Part shown: piece by piece, positions 40,350 to 51,072 of the stretch | Position numbering within the stretch: position 1 is the stretch's first letter | How the letters are laid out: the number at the start of each line of letters is the position of its first letter | Source of the DNA: Nitrosopumilus sp. | Lineage (GTDB): Archaea > Thermoproteota > Nitrososphaeria > Nitrososphaerales > Nitrosopumilaceae | Direction: 5' to 3' | Assembly: GCA_965218785.1 (NCBI GenBank) | Contig: OZ244650.1 | Location: 1,056,001-1,120,000 of the forward strand | Length of the DNA: 64,000 nucleotides | Program-made: the position numbers and the translations under genes | The notes under the pieces: model-generated | Seen by the model: the letters and a program-made list of their open reading frames with translations, nothing else | Told to the model about the DNA's origin: nothing | Databases searched by the model: none

Positions 40350-42266
40350 ATGGATGATAGTACACGTGTCGATATTACTCCGGACAAGTCACTAATCCAA
40401 AAATTAGGCCTTGTTGGATACAAGACAGAGCAGGCAGTTGCCGAATTATTGGATAATTCTATTGATGCTAGAATCCACAATAAGATGGAGTCAATCATGG
40501 TCTATCTGGATTTTCAAAATAAATGGATCGGAGTAAGAGATGATGGTCATGGCATGGACAGGGATGGTCTGGCAAATGCAATGACTATTGCAATGGGAAC
40601 AAAAGTAGAGGGGGAGTTGGGGCAGTTTGGAATTGGAATGAAGAGTGCGTGTTCTGCCTTGGGGAAAAAATTTACCATCAGTACATCCAAAATTAACTCG
40701 GATAAAGGGTACAGTGCAGAATACGATGAAAAAAGCTGGTTATCTGATGAATCACAAAGTTGGAAAAATTTTATTATCAATGAAAGAACTTTGAAAAAAG
40801 AGAAAAATTGGCATGGAACGAGAATTGTAATTTCTGAATTAAACGTACCGTTATATCCAAACCAGGTTTCAAAATTCAAGGATAGTTTCGGCACACGTTA
40901 TTTCCCTTATCTGAAGACGGGACTGGTTTCAATCCAAATCAATACTGTTTTCTGCAAACCAGAAAAACCAGATACCGTAGAAGGAAGTAAAAAGGACATA
41001 CAGATTGAATTAGGATTGGGGGAGAGAATCATCGGTCATGTTGCACTGTTAAAAAAACGCTCCATAAAGGGACGTTACGGACTAGATCTATTTAAAAACG
41101 GCAGACTGATAAAGGCATATGAAAAATTTGGCTTTGCAGCACATCCGGAAAACGCAAAAATAATCGGGGGGTTGGGTCTGGATCACGTTCCTGTAAATTT
41201 CAACAAGAGTGCATTCATCGAAGAAAGTCCGGAATATCAAAGAGCGGTAAATATGTTTAGACAGTCTCCAGAGTTACGAGAAACTATACAGTCATCAAAA
41301 TCCAAAAGCCAGAGTATCGTATCAATTGAATCCGTATTTGACTATTTTAACAAGGAATCCCCTCCACAGTATCTGGAACGCAGTGTACGCTCCAAGGTTT
41401 CACAGGAATTACTAGATAATACAAAGCCATTCACGATAAAAACAGGTGGTAATACCGCGGAAATAGAGATAAAATCACTCAAAAACGAGCCGTTATACAT
41501 CATAGAAAAACACGATTCCAAGATCAGGGTGACAATCAACAAGGATAATGAGGCATTCGTATTTGTAAAAAATCCATTATATCTAATCGGTGTAATCGCC
41601 TCGGAGATAAGACTGCTTGGTAAGGATCCAAATTTTGAGATGTTATTAAAAAAAAGAAATCAGGATGTCAGGGAGTTTCTAAACACATGGTCCAAAAAAG
41701 AAATCAAAAAGGAGGTTTCCAGGAATAGGGAGGTGGAGATACCACACATCCCAAATTACGGGCTGGCAGATGAGCTAATCGAGGTCCATGATTATCTCAA
41801 GGAAAACTTTGGATACAAATTCCAGTTTACAGCATTATCCACTTTGACACCATACCTGCACAACCTACGTGGAAAGTTAATCTATACACTTTACACGGAA
41901 CCCTCAAGGGGGGAGTATCTCTCAGATGTGCTAGCAGACAGATTTGAGAGTGGGTTTACCATAATACATGCGCCGGACAGAAAGGCACTGGATATGTTTC
42001 TAAAGATGTCTGCGACTGAAAGAATCATTGTCATAAGAGAGTATGCAGTTATCCGAGGGGCAACGATAGCTGCCCCCGAAAAGGCGTTTCTTGATTTGAT
42101 AAATGAGACGCATGGTCATGGCGGCCAGCTGGATCTACAGGAGTTAAAACGGATGTTTGCAGCAATGAAAAGATCCAATCTGATCAATTCTGAAAATTTA
42201 CAAACTTGTGCAAAATTCCTCAAAAAATCGGAATTGTTGGAACAGATTTTGGGGGATGAATCTTGA
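40350..42266 (+). CDS. MORC-like GHKL ATPase fused to a C-terminal AbiEi-like antitoxin domain
   Basis: AELLDNSIDA, DDGHGM, LGQFGIGMKSA, HGT; C-terminal IAAPEKAFLDL resembles the AbiEi CTD signature. Confidence 0.75.
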   Translation: MDDSTRVDITPDKSLIQKLGLVGYKTEQAVAELLDNSIDARIHNKMESIMVYLDFQNKWIGVRDDGHGMDRDGLANAMTIAMGTKVEGELGQFGIGMKSACSALGKKFTISTSKINSDKGYSAEYDEKSWLSDESQSWKNFIINERTLKKEKNWHGTRIVISELNVPLYPNQVSKFKDSFGTRYFPYLKTGLVSIQINTVFCKPEKPDTVEGSKKDIQIELGLGERIIGHVALLKKRSIKGRYGLDLFKNGRLIKAYEKFGFAAHPENAKIIGGLGLDHVPVNFNKSAFIEESPEYQRAVNMFRQSPELRETIQSSKSKSQSIVSIESVFDYFNKESPPQYLERSVRSKVSQELLDNTKPFTIKTGGNTAEIEIKSLKNEPLYIIEKHDSKIRVTINKDNEAFVFVKNPLYLIGVIASEIRLLGKDPNFEMLLKKRNQDVREFLNTWSKKEIKKEVSRNREVEIPHIPNYGLADELIEVHDYLKENFGYKFQFTALSTLTPYLHNLRGKLIYTLYTEPSRGEYLSDVLADRFESGFTIIHAPDRKALDMFLKMSATERIIVIREYAVIRGATIAAPEKAFLDLINETHGHGGQLDLQELKRMFAAMKRSNLINSENLQTCAKFLKKSELLEQILGDES

Positions 42267-43408
42267 TGGCAGAATTACATTTTCAGGGAATTTTGAACAG
42301 GGAAAGCCTTGATGCAATTAAAACGTCTCATGGATTCCGGGATTCGTTGCCACTAGAAAAATTCATCATGGATTTTGAAGTATTGACCCACATCCAAAGA
42401 GTACTGCCTGACTGTGTAGTTAAAGGAGGAATGGCGGTTCCTTTTCATCTGCATGACAAAACCCTGCATCGATTAAGTGTGGATATTGATATTGTGACTG
42501 GAAGTTCTAGGAAAGAAGTAATAGATGCAATGAAAAATGTTTCAAAAAAACTCAAAGGTACTGTAGAAATCGGTAATCCGCACGTCCCAAAAAGAGCAGG
42601 CATCAAAAAATTGCCACTGTTAACATATTATTGTGAATATCGATCATCTGTAGATAAAAATCCTGAAATGAAAATTGAGATTTTTCACGGAAACAGCATG
42701 AAAATACAATCAAAGAAGATAGATACTAAAACTGAAATTATAGAAGTTCTTATAGATTTCCCCCTGTCGGTTTATGATCATGGTTCTTTGATGGGAGACA
42801 AATTAACGACTCTTCCATTTAACACCATAGGAATCAGATTTGACAAACCTGATGTTCCAAAACAAATTTACGATATCGCATCCTTGTTAAAATCAATCAC
42901 AGATAGATTTCCTCTGGAAATGATAGTCGATGCCTTTGAAAAAACATCTAGGGATGAAATGTCTTATTTTAAGGAAAGACCTCCCCCAACATTTGAGGAG
43001 ATTTTATCTGATCTGGATAATTTTTCAGATAAACTATTAGTTACAAAGAATCAAATCAAATTGAATTCTTCGTATCAAGGTAGGTTTAATAAATTCACAA
43101 CAGAACTGTTGGGAGAAAGACGTTATCCAGAATACACCCATGTATCTGATATTCTACTGATCAAAGTAATCATAAAATTAATTTTGAAAAAATTTAACAG
43201 TGCAGAATCAGAAACAATTGCCAAAAAGGCAAAGCAAATCCTAGATGAATTATCGGACTTGTCTCAATTAGGGGATAAAGCCAAAAATACTGCCCGTGGT
43301 AAACTAGTAGCAAAATATGGAAAAACCAGTACTCATGGAAAAATAATGAAAGATCTATTTCCAGAACAGGCTTATCTGTATGATCAATTAATTGAGGAAG
43401 AGGCATAA
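42263..43408 (+). CDS. abiEii: AbiEii/AbiGii-family nucleotidyltransferase (type IV TA toxin)
   Basis: VKGGMA...RLSVDIDI, KIEI, GDKL, KQIYDI; 4-bp overlap with the upstream gene. Confidence 0.82.
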   Translation: MMAELHFQGILNRESLDAIKTSHGFRDSLPLEKFIMDFEVLTHIQRVLPDCVVKGGMAVPFHLHDKTLHRLSVDIDIVTGSSRKEVIDAMKNVSKKLKGTVEIGNPHVPKRAGIKKLPLLTYYCEYRSSVDKNPEMKIEIFHGNSMKIQSKKIDTKTEIIEVLIDFPLSVYDHGSLMGDKLTTLPFNTIGIRFDKPDVPKQIYDIASLLKSITDRFPLEMIVDAFEKTSRDEMSYFKERPPPTFEEILSDLDNFSDKLLVTKNQIKLNSSYQGRFNKFTTELLGERRYPEYTHVSDILLIKVIIKLILKKFNSAESETIAKKAKQILDELSDLSQLGDKAKNTARGKLVAKYGKTSTHGKIMKDLFPEQAYLYDQLIEEEA

Positions 43409-43782
43409 TACATGTTGATGATAATGGCATGATTCATCCAAAATTCATCGGGTATATCCCACAAATCATGAAATCTCTCAGGCTCAATCTTTAATTTGAT
43501 GTCTGTCTTGGCATGTATGTCGTATATGGATCTTCAGGATTGAAAAATTCCAAAGTTCTGTGGAAAAGTGATTTGTCATTAGGATGCACCGAAACCCAAA
43601 GTACATACATCTTCACACCCGTCATGGAAAATCATCTCTGGACCATTCTATTTAGCATGATGCTTATGACATTTTCACCAGAATCCCGAAATATTGATCG
43701 GATGATAGTATTTGGTTTACACTATTAGACAATATGGATCTAATACCTGATCGCATATCTAGAATAATGCAGGAGGTTTACA

Positions 43783-44031
43783 TTGGTCAGGACTAGAAGA
43801 GCCAACAGATACTGTGTTGACTGTGGTGCAAGACTGGTGTATTATCCCAGATTATCAAATCCAAAGGCGCCAAACGAGCACAGGGTACTGGTGTATGCCT
43901 GTCCGGACTGCACTGACGACTTTGAAAAGCCCAAAATGTTCTCAATAAAACGTAATCAAGTGGAGGATCCGCTGGAGACAGTGGAGATAGAGATCACACA
44001 GATACATAAAAAAGCGGCAGTCCCAAGATAG
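43783..44031 (+). CDS. Zn-ribbon protein
   Basis: YCVDCG...YACPDC. Confidence 0.7.
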   Translation: MVRTRRANRYCVDCGARLVYYPRLSNPKAPNEHRVLVYACPDCTDDFEKPKMFSIKRNQVEDPLETVEIEITQIHKKAAVPR

Positions 44032-44040
44032 TGTAAGGGA

Positions 44041-44268
44041 ATGTCATATACAGAAAAAACCAGAAGTAACGCGTGGTTCCTGCTGCCGGTGCTCTTTGGA
44101 ATAATCGGCGGTGTAGCTGCGTATTTTATCCTACGTCAGGACGATCCGCAAAAGGCAAAAAACTGTCTGTATATGGGAGTCATCTTCATGGTGTTGGGGA
44201 TAGCCGTCAACGCGATCATACTTGATCAGGTGCCGGAGATCAGTTCTGGTATTGATATAGGTGTATGA
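44041..44268 (+). CDS. Small two-TM protein
   Basis: WFLLPVLFGIIGG...DDPQKAKNCL. Confidence 0.7.
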   Translation: MSYTEKTRSNAWFLLPVLFGIIGGVAAYFILRQDDPQKAKNCLYMGVIFMVLGIAVNAIILDQVPEISSGIDIGV

Positions 44269-44503
44269 TTCGAGACAGACAGTTATTAACCGGTGTGAGG
44301 ATGTTGTTTTATGACAGATAGATTTGCAATTTATATGATATTCTAAAAGCAAAAGAGAGGTACTGCCAAATTATCGTGTGTTAGACACGAGACATGAAAT
44401 ACGAATCTTCTCCGGATTGAAAAATTCTGACGAATTTAGTCAGATGTCTATAACTTTACAGAATCCAAAATGTTTATTTTTTTACTAGTCAAAAAACAAA
44501 TGA

Positions 44504-45202
44504 TCATATGGTAAGAAGTATCTTTGCTGCAATATTTTTAGTCTTACGATCATAATCACCCAATACAAGATATGCCCCCTTTATCTTTCTGGTAGGATCC
44601 GTATACTGTATCATACATCCAAACCAAGACCGCATAGCAGGGTCATTTTTACTCTTTTCAAAATGGTTCAGAATACCTTGTTTTATATTCAGACGGTTTA
44701 TGATGTTTTTCACTTTTTCATCATCCAATACGATGGAATCCACTTTTTCGATATCGCATATGTCCATGGACAGTCCAAATTCCTCACTTGGTGACAAGGC
44801 AAATGCATTATGATCCATGTCCATGTCGAATTTGAGCTGTCTGTCGTGTGTTACCTTGAGGGTAAACATCTCTATACTCATTGCCGGTACCGCACCGTGA
44901 TTGCGAATCGTTATTTCCAACATTTCAGAGGTTTTTAGATCGTCGTGATTTTGGGGCGTGGTTTTATTGCCGGATCTTCCAATCCACGGTCTAACTCGTA
45001 TCTGATTGTCGATATGATACTCGTGCATCTGCTTGAGGATCAGTGCCATCATTACTATGTTTACCATGATTGATGTTACGAACAATTCTGCATTCTGCCA
45101 GCCTTTTTCATCAGGCGAGGAAAATGCAAAGGATGCAATTGCCATGGTTCCAATGCTGCACAATACTATCACAGCCAAGAAAGCGATTAATTTTAGTTGC
45201 AT
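44504..45202 (-). CDS. Hypothetical protein, two N-terminal TM helices
   Basis: Hydrophobic N-terminus, RPW and IRNHGAVPA segments; 4 bp from the upstream gene. Confidence 0.65.
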   Translation of the reverse strand: MQLKLIAFLAVIVLCSIGTMAIASFAFSSPDEKGWQNAELFVTSIMVNIVMMALILKQMHEYHIDNQIRVRPWIGRSGNKTTPQNHDDLKTSEMLEITIRNHGAVPAMSIEMFTLKVTHDRQLKFDMDMDHNAFALSPSEEFGLSMDICDIEKVDSIVLDDEKVKNIINRLNIKQGILNHFEKSKNDPAMRSWFGCMIQYTDPTRKIKGAYLVLGDYDRKTKNIAAKILLTI

Positions 45203-45206
45203 GGCA

Positions 45207-46451
45207 CTATATTCTTACAGTTTGCTGTCTCACAGATTCAGATTCATTGTTAACCTTACTCTTGGCGGGATTATTGCGTTTTAGTCTTAAAAGATAATAC
45301 ATGATCTTTTTGCCAGGATACATCCACGGTTTATCAGTTACCAATTCCAGATTGGTTTTGCTGAGTAACTCGTTGAATCCTTCGAGAGTAAATCTAGACG
45401 AATATCCCAGAACGCATGCTGGTTTACCTACAGGTTCGTAGAGCAAAACGATTGTTTTTGAACCTACAGAAGAGTTTACTAGTATTTTTCGTTTTGATTT
45501 TTGTGGCAGATCATTCTCTTGTATGAATTGATCTAATTCATCGTTGGTAGTTATTTTTGCATGTACATCATCTAGATCTAATTCAAGTTTTTCATATTTT
45601 TTGATATTTTCACAGATGTTGTCACCTAATTTTTCCCTTATTTCTTGAGGATGTTCTGCAGCCTTTAGTATTAAATTCATAGGACTGGATATAAACTGCT
45701 TTGATGCCGGATCTTCATATGATGCAATCATGGCTTCATCTTCATCTACTCCGTCAACATCAATCAAAAGAAGTGTATCTTCTTGCATAAGATTCTCCAA
45801 GGTTTCAAATATTTTTGGAATCGCCGCGTTGGAGATTATTCCAAGTGCAGTAATGAGCCGATATTTATTGTTTCCAAAGTCATCAAATTCTGCATTTTCA
45901 AAATTCATCATACGGGGTTGGATTTTCAGATCATCATTGGATAACTGAGTTTTAAAAAGATCATACATTTCATTAGTCGCATCCATAAGCAGCATACTTG
46001 AAAGATCCACAGGAGTAAATTTTATTGGTTCCATTTTGGTTTGGTATTTATTGTCTTTATACACAGTCAAAAATTCCTCTAAAAGTTTCATTTCTTTTTT
46101 TGCTGTTCCGGTTCCAAGAGAGATAAAATCTATGTCATAGTTCTTTTTTCCATGCTTTTTAGCAGATTCGTTGAACAACTCCAGTATCTTGACTATGATG
46201 TCATTTGCAGATTTGCCTATTACCAGCTTTGCATCATTGAATGATTTGTATGTATCATCTGAAAGATTTAATTTTTTGTATGATTCAGAACCATGTGTTG
46301 TAGCGTACCAATATTTTTCATCGATGACTTGATAACTTGATAAATCCTTTAATAGACCCTTTGGAATCAGAATATTTTTTGTAACCAGATAATCTATAAT
46401 GCTGGTTCTGTCTATATGTATCACCACATGACGCATTTTTTCATCTTGCAT
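45207..46451 (-). CDS. EgtD-like (histidine N-methyltransferase family) SAM-dependent methyltransferase
   Basis: IDEKYWY...GS..Y, SLGTGTAKK, PVDLS, ALG.ISN, LLIDVD, ASYED, YSSRF. Confidence 0.68.
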   Translation of the reverse strand: MQDEKMRHVVIHIDRTSIIDYLVTKNILIPKGLLKDLSSYQVIDEKYWYATTHGSESYKKLNLSDDTYKSFNDAKLVIGKSANDIIVKILELFNESAKKHGKKNYDIDFISLGTGTAKKEMKLLEEFLTVYKDNKYQTKMEPIKFTPVDLSSMLLMDATNEMYDLFKTQLSNDDLKIQPRMMNFENAEFDDFGNNKYRLITALGIISNAAIPKIFETLENLMQEDTLLLIDVDGVDEDEAMIASYEDPASKQFISSPMNLILKAAEHPQEIREKLGDNICENIKKYEKLELDLDDVHAKITTNDELDQFIQENDLPQKSKRKILVNSSVGSKTIVLLYEPVGKPACVLGYSSRFTLEGFNELLSKTNLELVTDKPWMYPGKKIMYYLLRLKRNNPAKSKVNNESESVRQQTVRI

Positions 46452-46577
46452 GTTGTGGGAATACAGGGCGATATTTATAAAGTGATCCGGCTTTGAGGCG
46501 CATTGTTTGACAAGAAATCACAAGACATGGTATGACCCCACTAATTGGAATACAACTGTAAAAAACCTGCCAAAACA

Positions 46578-47510
46578 TCACAGGTCTGCCATACTGTAAA
46601 GCCTGTCTGCCATAGATGTAATCATTTCAAGATCAGTAAGTGAGGACAGCCATGAATCCGGAATGCCGTCAACCCCGTAGTACGCCCCTGCCATCTGCCC
46701 GAATATGGCAGCAGTGGTATCAGTATCCTCCCCCAGACCCACCACCATCCTGCATCCGTCTTTAAACGAATCAGTATTATGAAACGCCCAGAGGGCTGCC
46801 TCCAGCGATTTGGGGGCATGACCGCTGCCGGTTATATCCGCATCATCCCGATACCGGTATGTGCCAAGACGTATCATCTCAATCTCGTCTACAAGCATGT
46901 AATCAGTCCAGTATCCCGGCTCCGGCTCAAATGCATCTGCCAGAACCTCGGTCTTCTCCATCCCCCGCAGTATCCCCGCAATAATCGAGCCCAGATACCT
47001 GCACGCATCTATCGGGACCATACTCCCGTGGGTTATCATCGAGCTTGCCCCGGACATCTCCGTGGCATACCCCATATCCTTTGCATAAAACATTGGAACT
47101 GGCGCCAGGCGCATAATCGAGCCGTTGCCCTCGCCACGCATATCAGAAGGTCTGCCGGAAATCTCGCAGGTCTTGATAAAGTGTTCTAGTGCCAGACTAG
47201 TGGTGTTGCCGACGCCAAAGCACCTGCCGGTACTGCTCATATGACCGTGTACGTACCAGTTCATGTATCGCAGCATCTGATCTGTCTGATCAAAGCCGTT
47301 CTTTTCTATCAGGCTTTCTGCAAGACATAACGCCATGGACGTATCATCAGTCCACTGTCCTGGCTGCAGGTTATGCGGTCCCCCGCCTGTCATGCCGTCT
47401 GCTGGTATAACGCCGCGACTGGATGATTCGTAGGGTGCGCCATACGCGTCTCCTGCGGCAAGTCCCAGCAGGCATCCCCTGTACCTCTTGGCAGTATTCA
47501 TCAGATTCAA
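46578..47510 (-). CDS. ADP-ribosylglycohydrolase (DraG/ARH family)
   Basis: GLAAGDAYG, GQWTDDT, GNGSIMRLAP, TH, GEDTDTTAAI. Confidence 0.93.
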   Translation of the reverse strand: MNLMNTAKRYRGCLLGLAAGDAYGAPYESSSRGVIPADGMTGGGPHNLQPGQWTDDTSMALCLAESLIEKNGFDQTDQMLRYMNWYVHGHMSSTGRCFGVGNTTSLALEHFIKTCEISGRPSDMRGEGNGSIMRLAPVPMFYAKDMGYATEMSGASSMITHGSMVPIDACRYLGSIIAGILRGMEKTEVLADAFEPEPGYWTDYMLVDEIEMIRLGTYRYRDDADITGSGHAPKSLEAALWAFHNTDSFKDGCRMVVGLGEDTDTTAAIFGQMAGAYYGVDGIPDSWLSSLTDLEMITSMADRLYSMADL

Positions 47511-47548
47511 AGTAGTGGCATTGTATTTAATTTGTATCGTCCGTATAG

Positions 47549-48574
47549 TCAGTTCGGGATTTTTTTCATTGTTATATCAATGTCAGCCAGTGTCATATCC
47601 GGTTTTTCTGGCAAAAGATCAAAAAACGATTCCGTCTTTTTTGGCAGGGAATCACCGTCATCCAGGTATACCTTAATGAAGAAAAACCGTACTAGCATGT
47701 TCTCCCTTATCAAACACTGAAACAGCGCCTTAAAGTCATCTCTCTTTTCCAGATATGCCGTGTTGGATTTTTTTAATTCTTGTAGTTCGGACCAGTATGT
47801 TTTCATCCTCTGGATTTTTCCAACAAGCCAGTCCTCCAGATTAGAGTCCGTTGTCTGGGTGAACCGCTGACGATCATACTGGTCGATTATCTGGACGAAC
47901 TCTGCTTCACACGCGTCTTTTAGTTTGCCGTCATTTGTAATCAGGATTGCATCCTCGTATTTTGCATAAAGCAGGCACTTTGCATCTGCCTGGGACAGAT
48001 CGGAGTATCTGTTTTGGATGTCAGTTTTTTGGTCTTCTGTTTTGAGATTGAATTTTATATCCTTGATATTATGTTTGAAAATCCCGTTTAACTCGGAGAT
48101 GATATTGCCGTATGACAACTCTTTTCTAACACGCTTGTGTTTGATCTCGTCTTTTACGAATTTTGGAACGTAGACTGCCAAGTTTTCGGGGGGACACATG
48201 GTCTTGATTCCATTTAACATCTCGTAACTTGACAGTATGTGAAGGACTGCATTGGCATCCAAGAGGATCTTCATGGTTCCTGCCGTCTGGCTTTTTTTCA
48301 GATCCTCTGGTTTTTTTAAGAGTTTGTGGGAATGGTTGTAGATATTGGTTCGTAGTATTCTTGTTTCGTCTTCTAGTCTCTCCTTTCTTTTGAGGTGGTC
48401 TGCCTCAAAACTTGGTGTCTGGTTTAACGTCACGAGTTTTTGATGCTTTTTTTGGAATTTATCCCACAGATATATCAGATTATCCATCGGACCCGGTTTT
48501 TTTGTTTTCTGGCCGGTCTTTGTTTTTTTGCCGCCTTTCTTTATGCTGTGCTGCCAGCCGGTCTTTTTTTTCAC
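47549..48574 (-). CDS. PIN-domain protein with basic N-terminal and helical C-terminal extensions
   Basis: ILLDANA, VKDE, LSQADA, LITNDGKL. Confidence 0.75.
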   Translation of the reverse strand: MKKKTGWQHSIKKGGKKTKTGQKTKKPGPMDNLIYLWDKFQKKHQKLVTLNQTPSFEADHLKRKERLEDETRILRTNIYNHSHKLLKKPEDLKKSQTAGTMKILLDANAVLHILSSYEMLNGIKTMCPPENLAVYVPKFVKDEIKHKRVRKELSYGNIISELNGIFKHNIKDIKFNLKTEDQKTDIQNRYSDLSQADAKCLLYAKYEDAILITNDGKLKDACEAEFVQIIDQYDRQRFTQTTDSNLEDWLVGKIQRMKTYWSELQELKKSNTAYLEKRDDFKALFQCLIRENMLVRFFFIKVYLDDGDSLPKKTESFFDLLPEKPDMTLADIDITMKKIPN

Positions 48575-48733
48575 GGGGTCAGCCTCGCGTGATTTTCTGA
48601 TTTGATCTATTGTTAATCATGGAATCATGTTATCTAGGCAATACTAGGATTAATGTCATCCCATCAATTCAGCCGTCTTGGTTTGTGGCAGGCAGTTCTT
48701 CAGACTGGCAGGATCGCATGCCATAACTGATCA

Positions 48734-49711
48734 TCAGGGACTGGCATTAGTAAGATACCTTATGAAAAACTCTGCAGCATCATACCTTGAATCCTTGGGG
48801 GTCTCTGCCGTATTTAGATGACATGTGATGCCGTGGATAACACACTGTTCGCTGAGGTATATGGCATGTAGCGGACTGTGGTTTAGCTGGGATATCGTGG
48901 GATCTGTATTAAACGGGTTGCTTGGTTGTCGTGGTTTATCATAGTTTTGTAATAGAATTGGCGGGTCGCCTGCATCCATAAAACTTGGGAGATCCACGCT
49001 CTGTCTTAACATCGTTATTTCAGGATCAGTAATGGCGTTATTCTCATCCCCGTGGTATAACGCTATTACGATGGGGAAAACCCGTGCATTGATTTCGGGG
49101 GTCACATCAATGTTCAAAATTTGCGGCCATTGCAACATGTCGTATGTCGACTGGGAACGGATATGTCCGATTACGCGGATATGCTGGGATGTATCAGGAT
49201 GTAATCCCATGTATAGTGCGATACCGCCACCTGCAGATGTTCCGTATACGCCGATTTTATCAGGATCAATGCCAAGTGACTGGGCGTTATTTTGCAGATA
49301 CAGCATAATCTGGGACGAGTCAGTCATGATATGATCAATTCTGGCATCCTCTAGAAACCTGTAGTTCATTGATGCAACAGATACGCCTGCGCGTAACAGG
49401 CCGTCTCGTGTTGCTACGTGATCATCTTTGTTTATATCGGATTTGTCACCTGATACGAATCCTCCCCCATGTATGAATATCATGAGCGGGGTGGGTTCTG
49501 CAGAGTTTGGACTGTACAGATCAAAGGTGTTCTGGGGATGGAGACCGTAACTGATGTCAGTTGTTATGTGTGCATTATCAGGTATCTGTGGTTCTGTGAG
49601 ATATCCTATTACAAGTTCCCCCGGGAGGGCGTATGTCACCAGTATCAGTGTGGCTCCGCTGCAGATAACGGCCGCAGATATCAGGTATAGTAATAATTTG
49701 TTTGTCCTCAC
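48734..49711 (-). CDS. Exported alpha/beta hydrolase (esterase/lipase)
   Basis: N-terminal TM segment, IHGGGF, NYR, GTSAGG. Confidence 0.88.
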   Translation of the reverse strand: MRTNKLLLYLISAAVICSGATLILVTYALPGELVIGYLTEPQIPDNAHITTDISYGLHPQNTFDLYSPNSAEPTPLMIFIHGGGFVSGDKSDINKDDHVATRDGLLRAGVSVASMNYRFLEDARIDHIMTDSSQIMLYLQNNAQSLGIDPDKIGVYGTSAGGGIALYMGLHPDTSQHIRVIGHIRSQSTYDMLQWPQILNIDVTPEINARVFPIVIALYHGDENNAITDPEITMLRQSVDLPSFMDAGDPPILLQNYDKPRQPSNPFNTDPTISQLNHSPLHAIYLSEQCVIHGITCHLNTAETPKDSRYDAAEFFIRYLTNASP

Positions 49712-49923
49712 AGATACATGAAATGGTTTGAGGTATTTAGCAGATTGGATTTAGCAGATGGTGGAAATTTTGGGATGTGGTGGACTATTGATCAATGAAC
49801 TGTAGACGACATGAATATGAGATCGTAGATCAGACTGATCCAAAATATTTAATCTTATGACTAGGCTAGTTTTTACATCTTGAACCTATTAAAATTTAAA
49901 TTCATAGCAGCTAAATCTATAGT

Positions 49924-50583
49924 ATGGATGGAAGAATAATTGCAATAGGTTTAGCAATAACTTTTGGATTAATTTATACCCGGATATTTGAAAATGAATT
50001 TTTCGAAAATATAATCATAATTGCCATTCCATCTGTTATTGGTTTATTCACAGCAACGTGGGCTTCAAATTCTTGGCAAAGAAGAAAAGAAACAAATGAA
50101 ATCAAAAAGAAAATCATAGATGAATTCATGCAAGGTTTTGAAAATGAATATTCTATGTTAGGTGAATTTACAGGAATGCTTTACAATAAATATTTTGATT
50201 ATTCGGATTATAAGGAAACTACTAAAAATATAATTACATTTGAGCATAATTTTCCAACGGATGAAAATAAAATGCCCAGTATAGTATACAAAAATGAATG
50301 GAATGAATTTTACAAGAAATTTTGGAGTGATGTTTATCTCAAAAATAAATTTTGGAGTGATTTTAGATTATATTATGAAGATGAGAAACTACATAAAGAT
50401 ATTTCAAAGATGGATGACATGTTACTTTTATGTTATCAAAGAATCGCTATGTTTGTTCATTCAAAAAATGAAAAAGAATTTAGACAAACTCATGACGAAA
50501 TAAAATCTGAATTAAATAAAATATTGAGGGATATCATGAGTATTGAACGTAGATTAATTAAAAACGATATTAAAATAAAATAA
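49924..50583 (+). CDS. Hypothetical protein, two N-terminal TM segments, very AT-rich
   Basis: 219-aa ORF. Confidence 0.65.
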   Translation: MDGRIIAIGLAITFGLIYTRIFENEFFENIIIIAIPSVIGLFTATWASNSWQRRKETNEIKKKIIDEFMQGFENEYSMLGEFTGMLYNKYFDYSDYKETTKNIITFEHNFPTDENKMPSIVYKNEWNEFYKKFWSDVYLKNKFWSDFRLYYEDEKLHKDISKMDDMLLLCYQRIAMFVHSKNEKEFRQTHDEIKSELNKILRDIMSIERRLIKNDIKIK

Positions 50584-50969
50584 AAATTCAAAAATCACAA
50601 GAATTTATAAAAATGAGATTGTTCTAGAAAGAATTTGACCTATTAATCCAATCTAATTAGAGTTATGTGTGTTTAACCCAACACTGAAGAAACTAACACA
50701 TGAACAAGTTTTTCAGATCACATTGATTAGTGTGTTTATTTGAATTGATCAGTATAACTATTGATTCACAGTAAAATAAAATCAGAATGATTTCTAAAAA
50801 ACCAGTTTTCTAACAATCATTTCTTGGATTTTGATTTATTTCCACTTGGAGGGGGATTATAGTTAGGACTGTTTGGATTCCAAGTCGTATCTCTTGTAGG
50901 TTGTGATTGACCTTTTTTATTTTCCATACATATCACAGGTCATCATATTATATAAATTTAAAAAATTGA

Positions 50970-51027
50970 TTGTCTACAGTTATGAGATACGGGAATCTTT
51001 TGCGTATTTTTGCAGATGATTTTCATG
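50970..51027. repeat. Dispersed repeat, copy 1 (about 58 bp; copy 2 at 56960-57018)
   Basis: Identical 18-mer TTGCAGATGATTTTCATG at 51010 and 57001, with similar upstream TTGTCTRCAG. Confidence 0.7.
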
Positions 51028-51072
51028 AAACAAGAGAGGAATGTTTGAATAAGAGTGCCACCATTTTGATTC

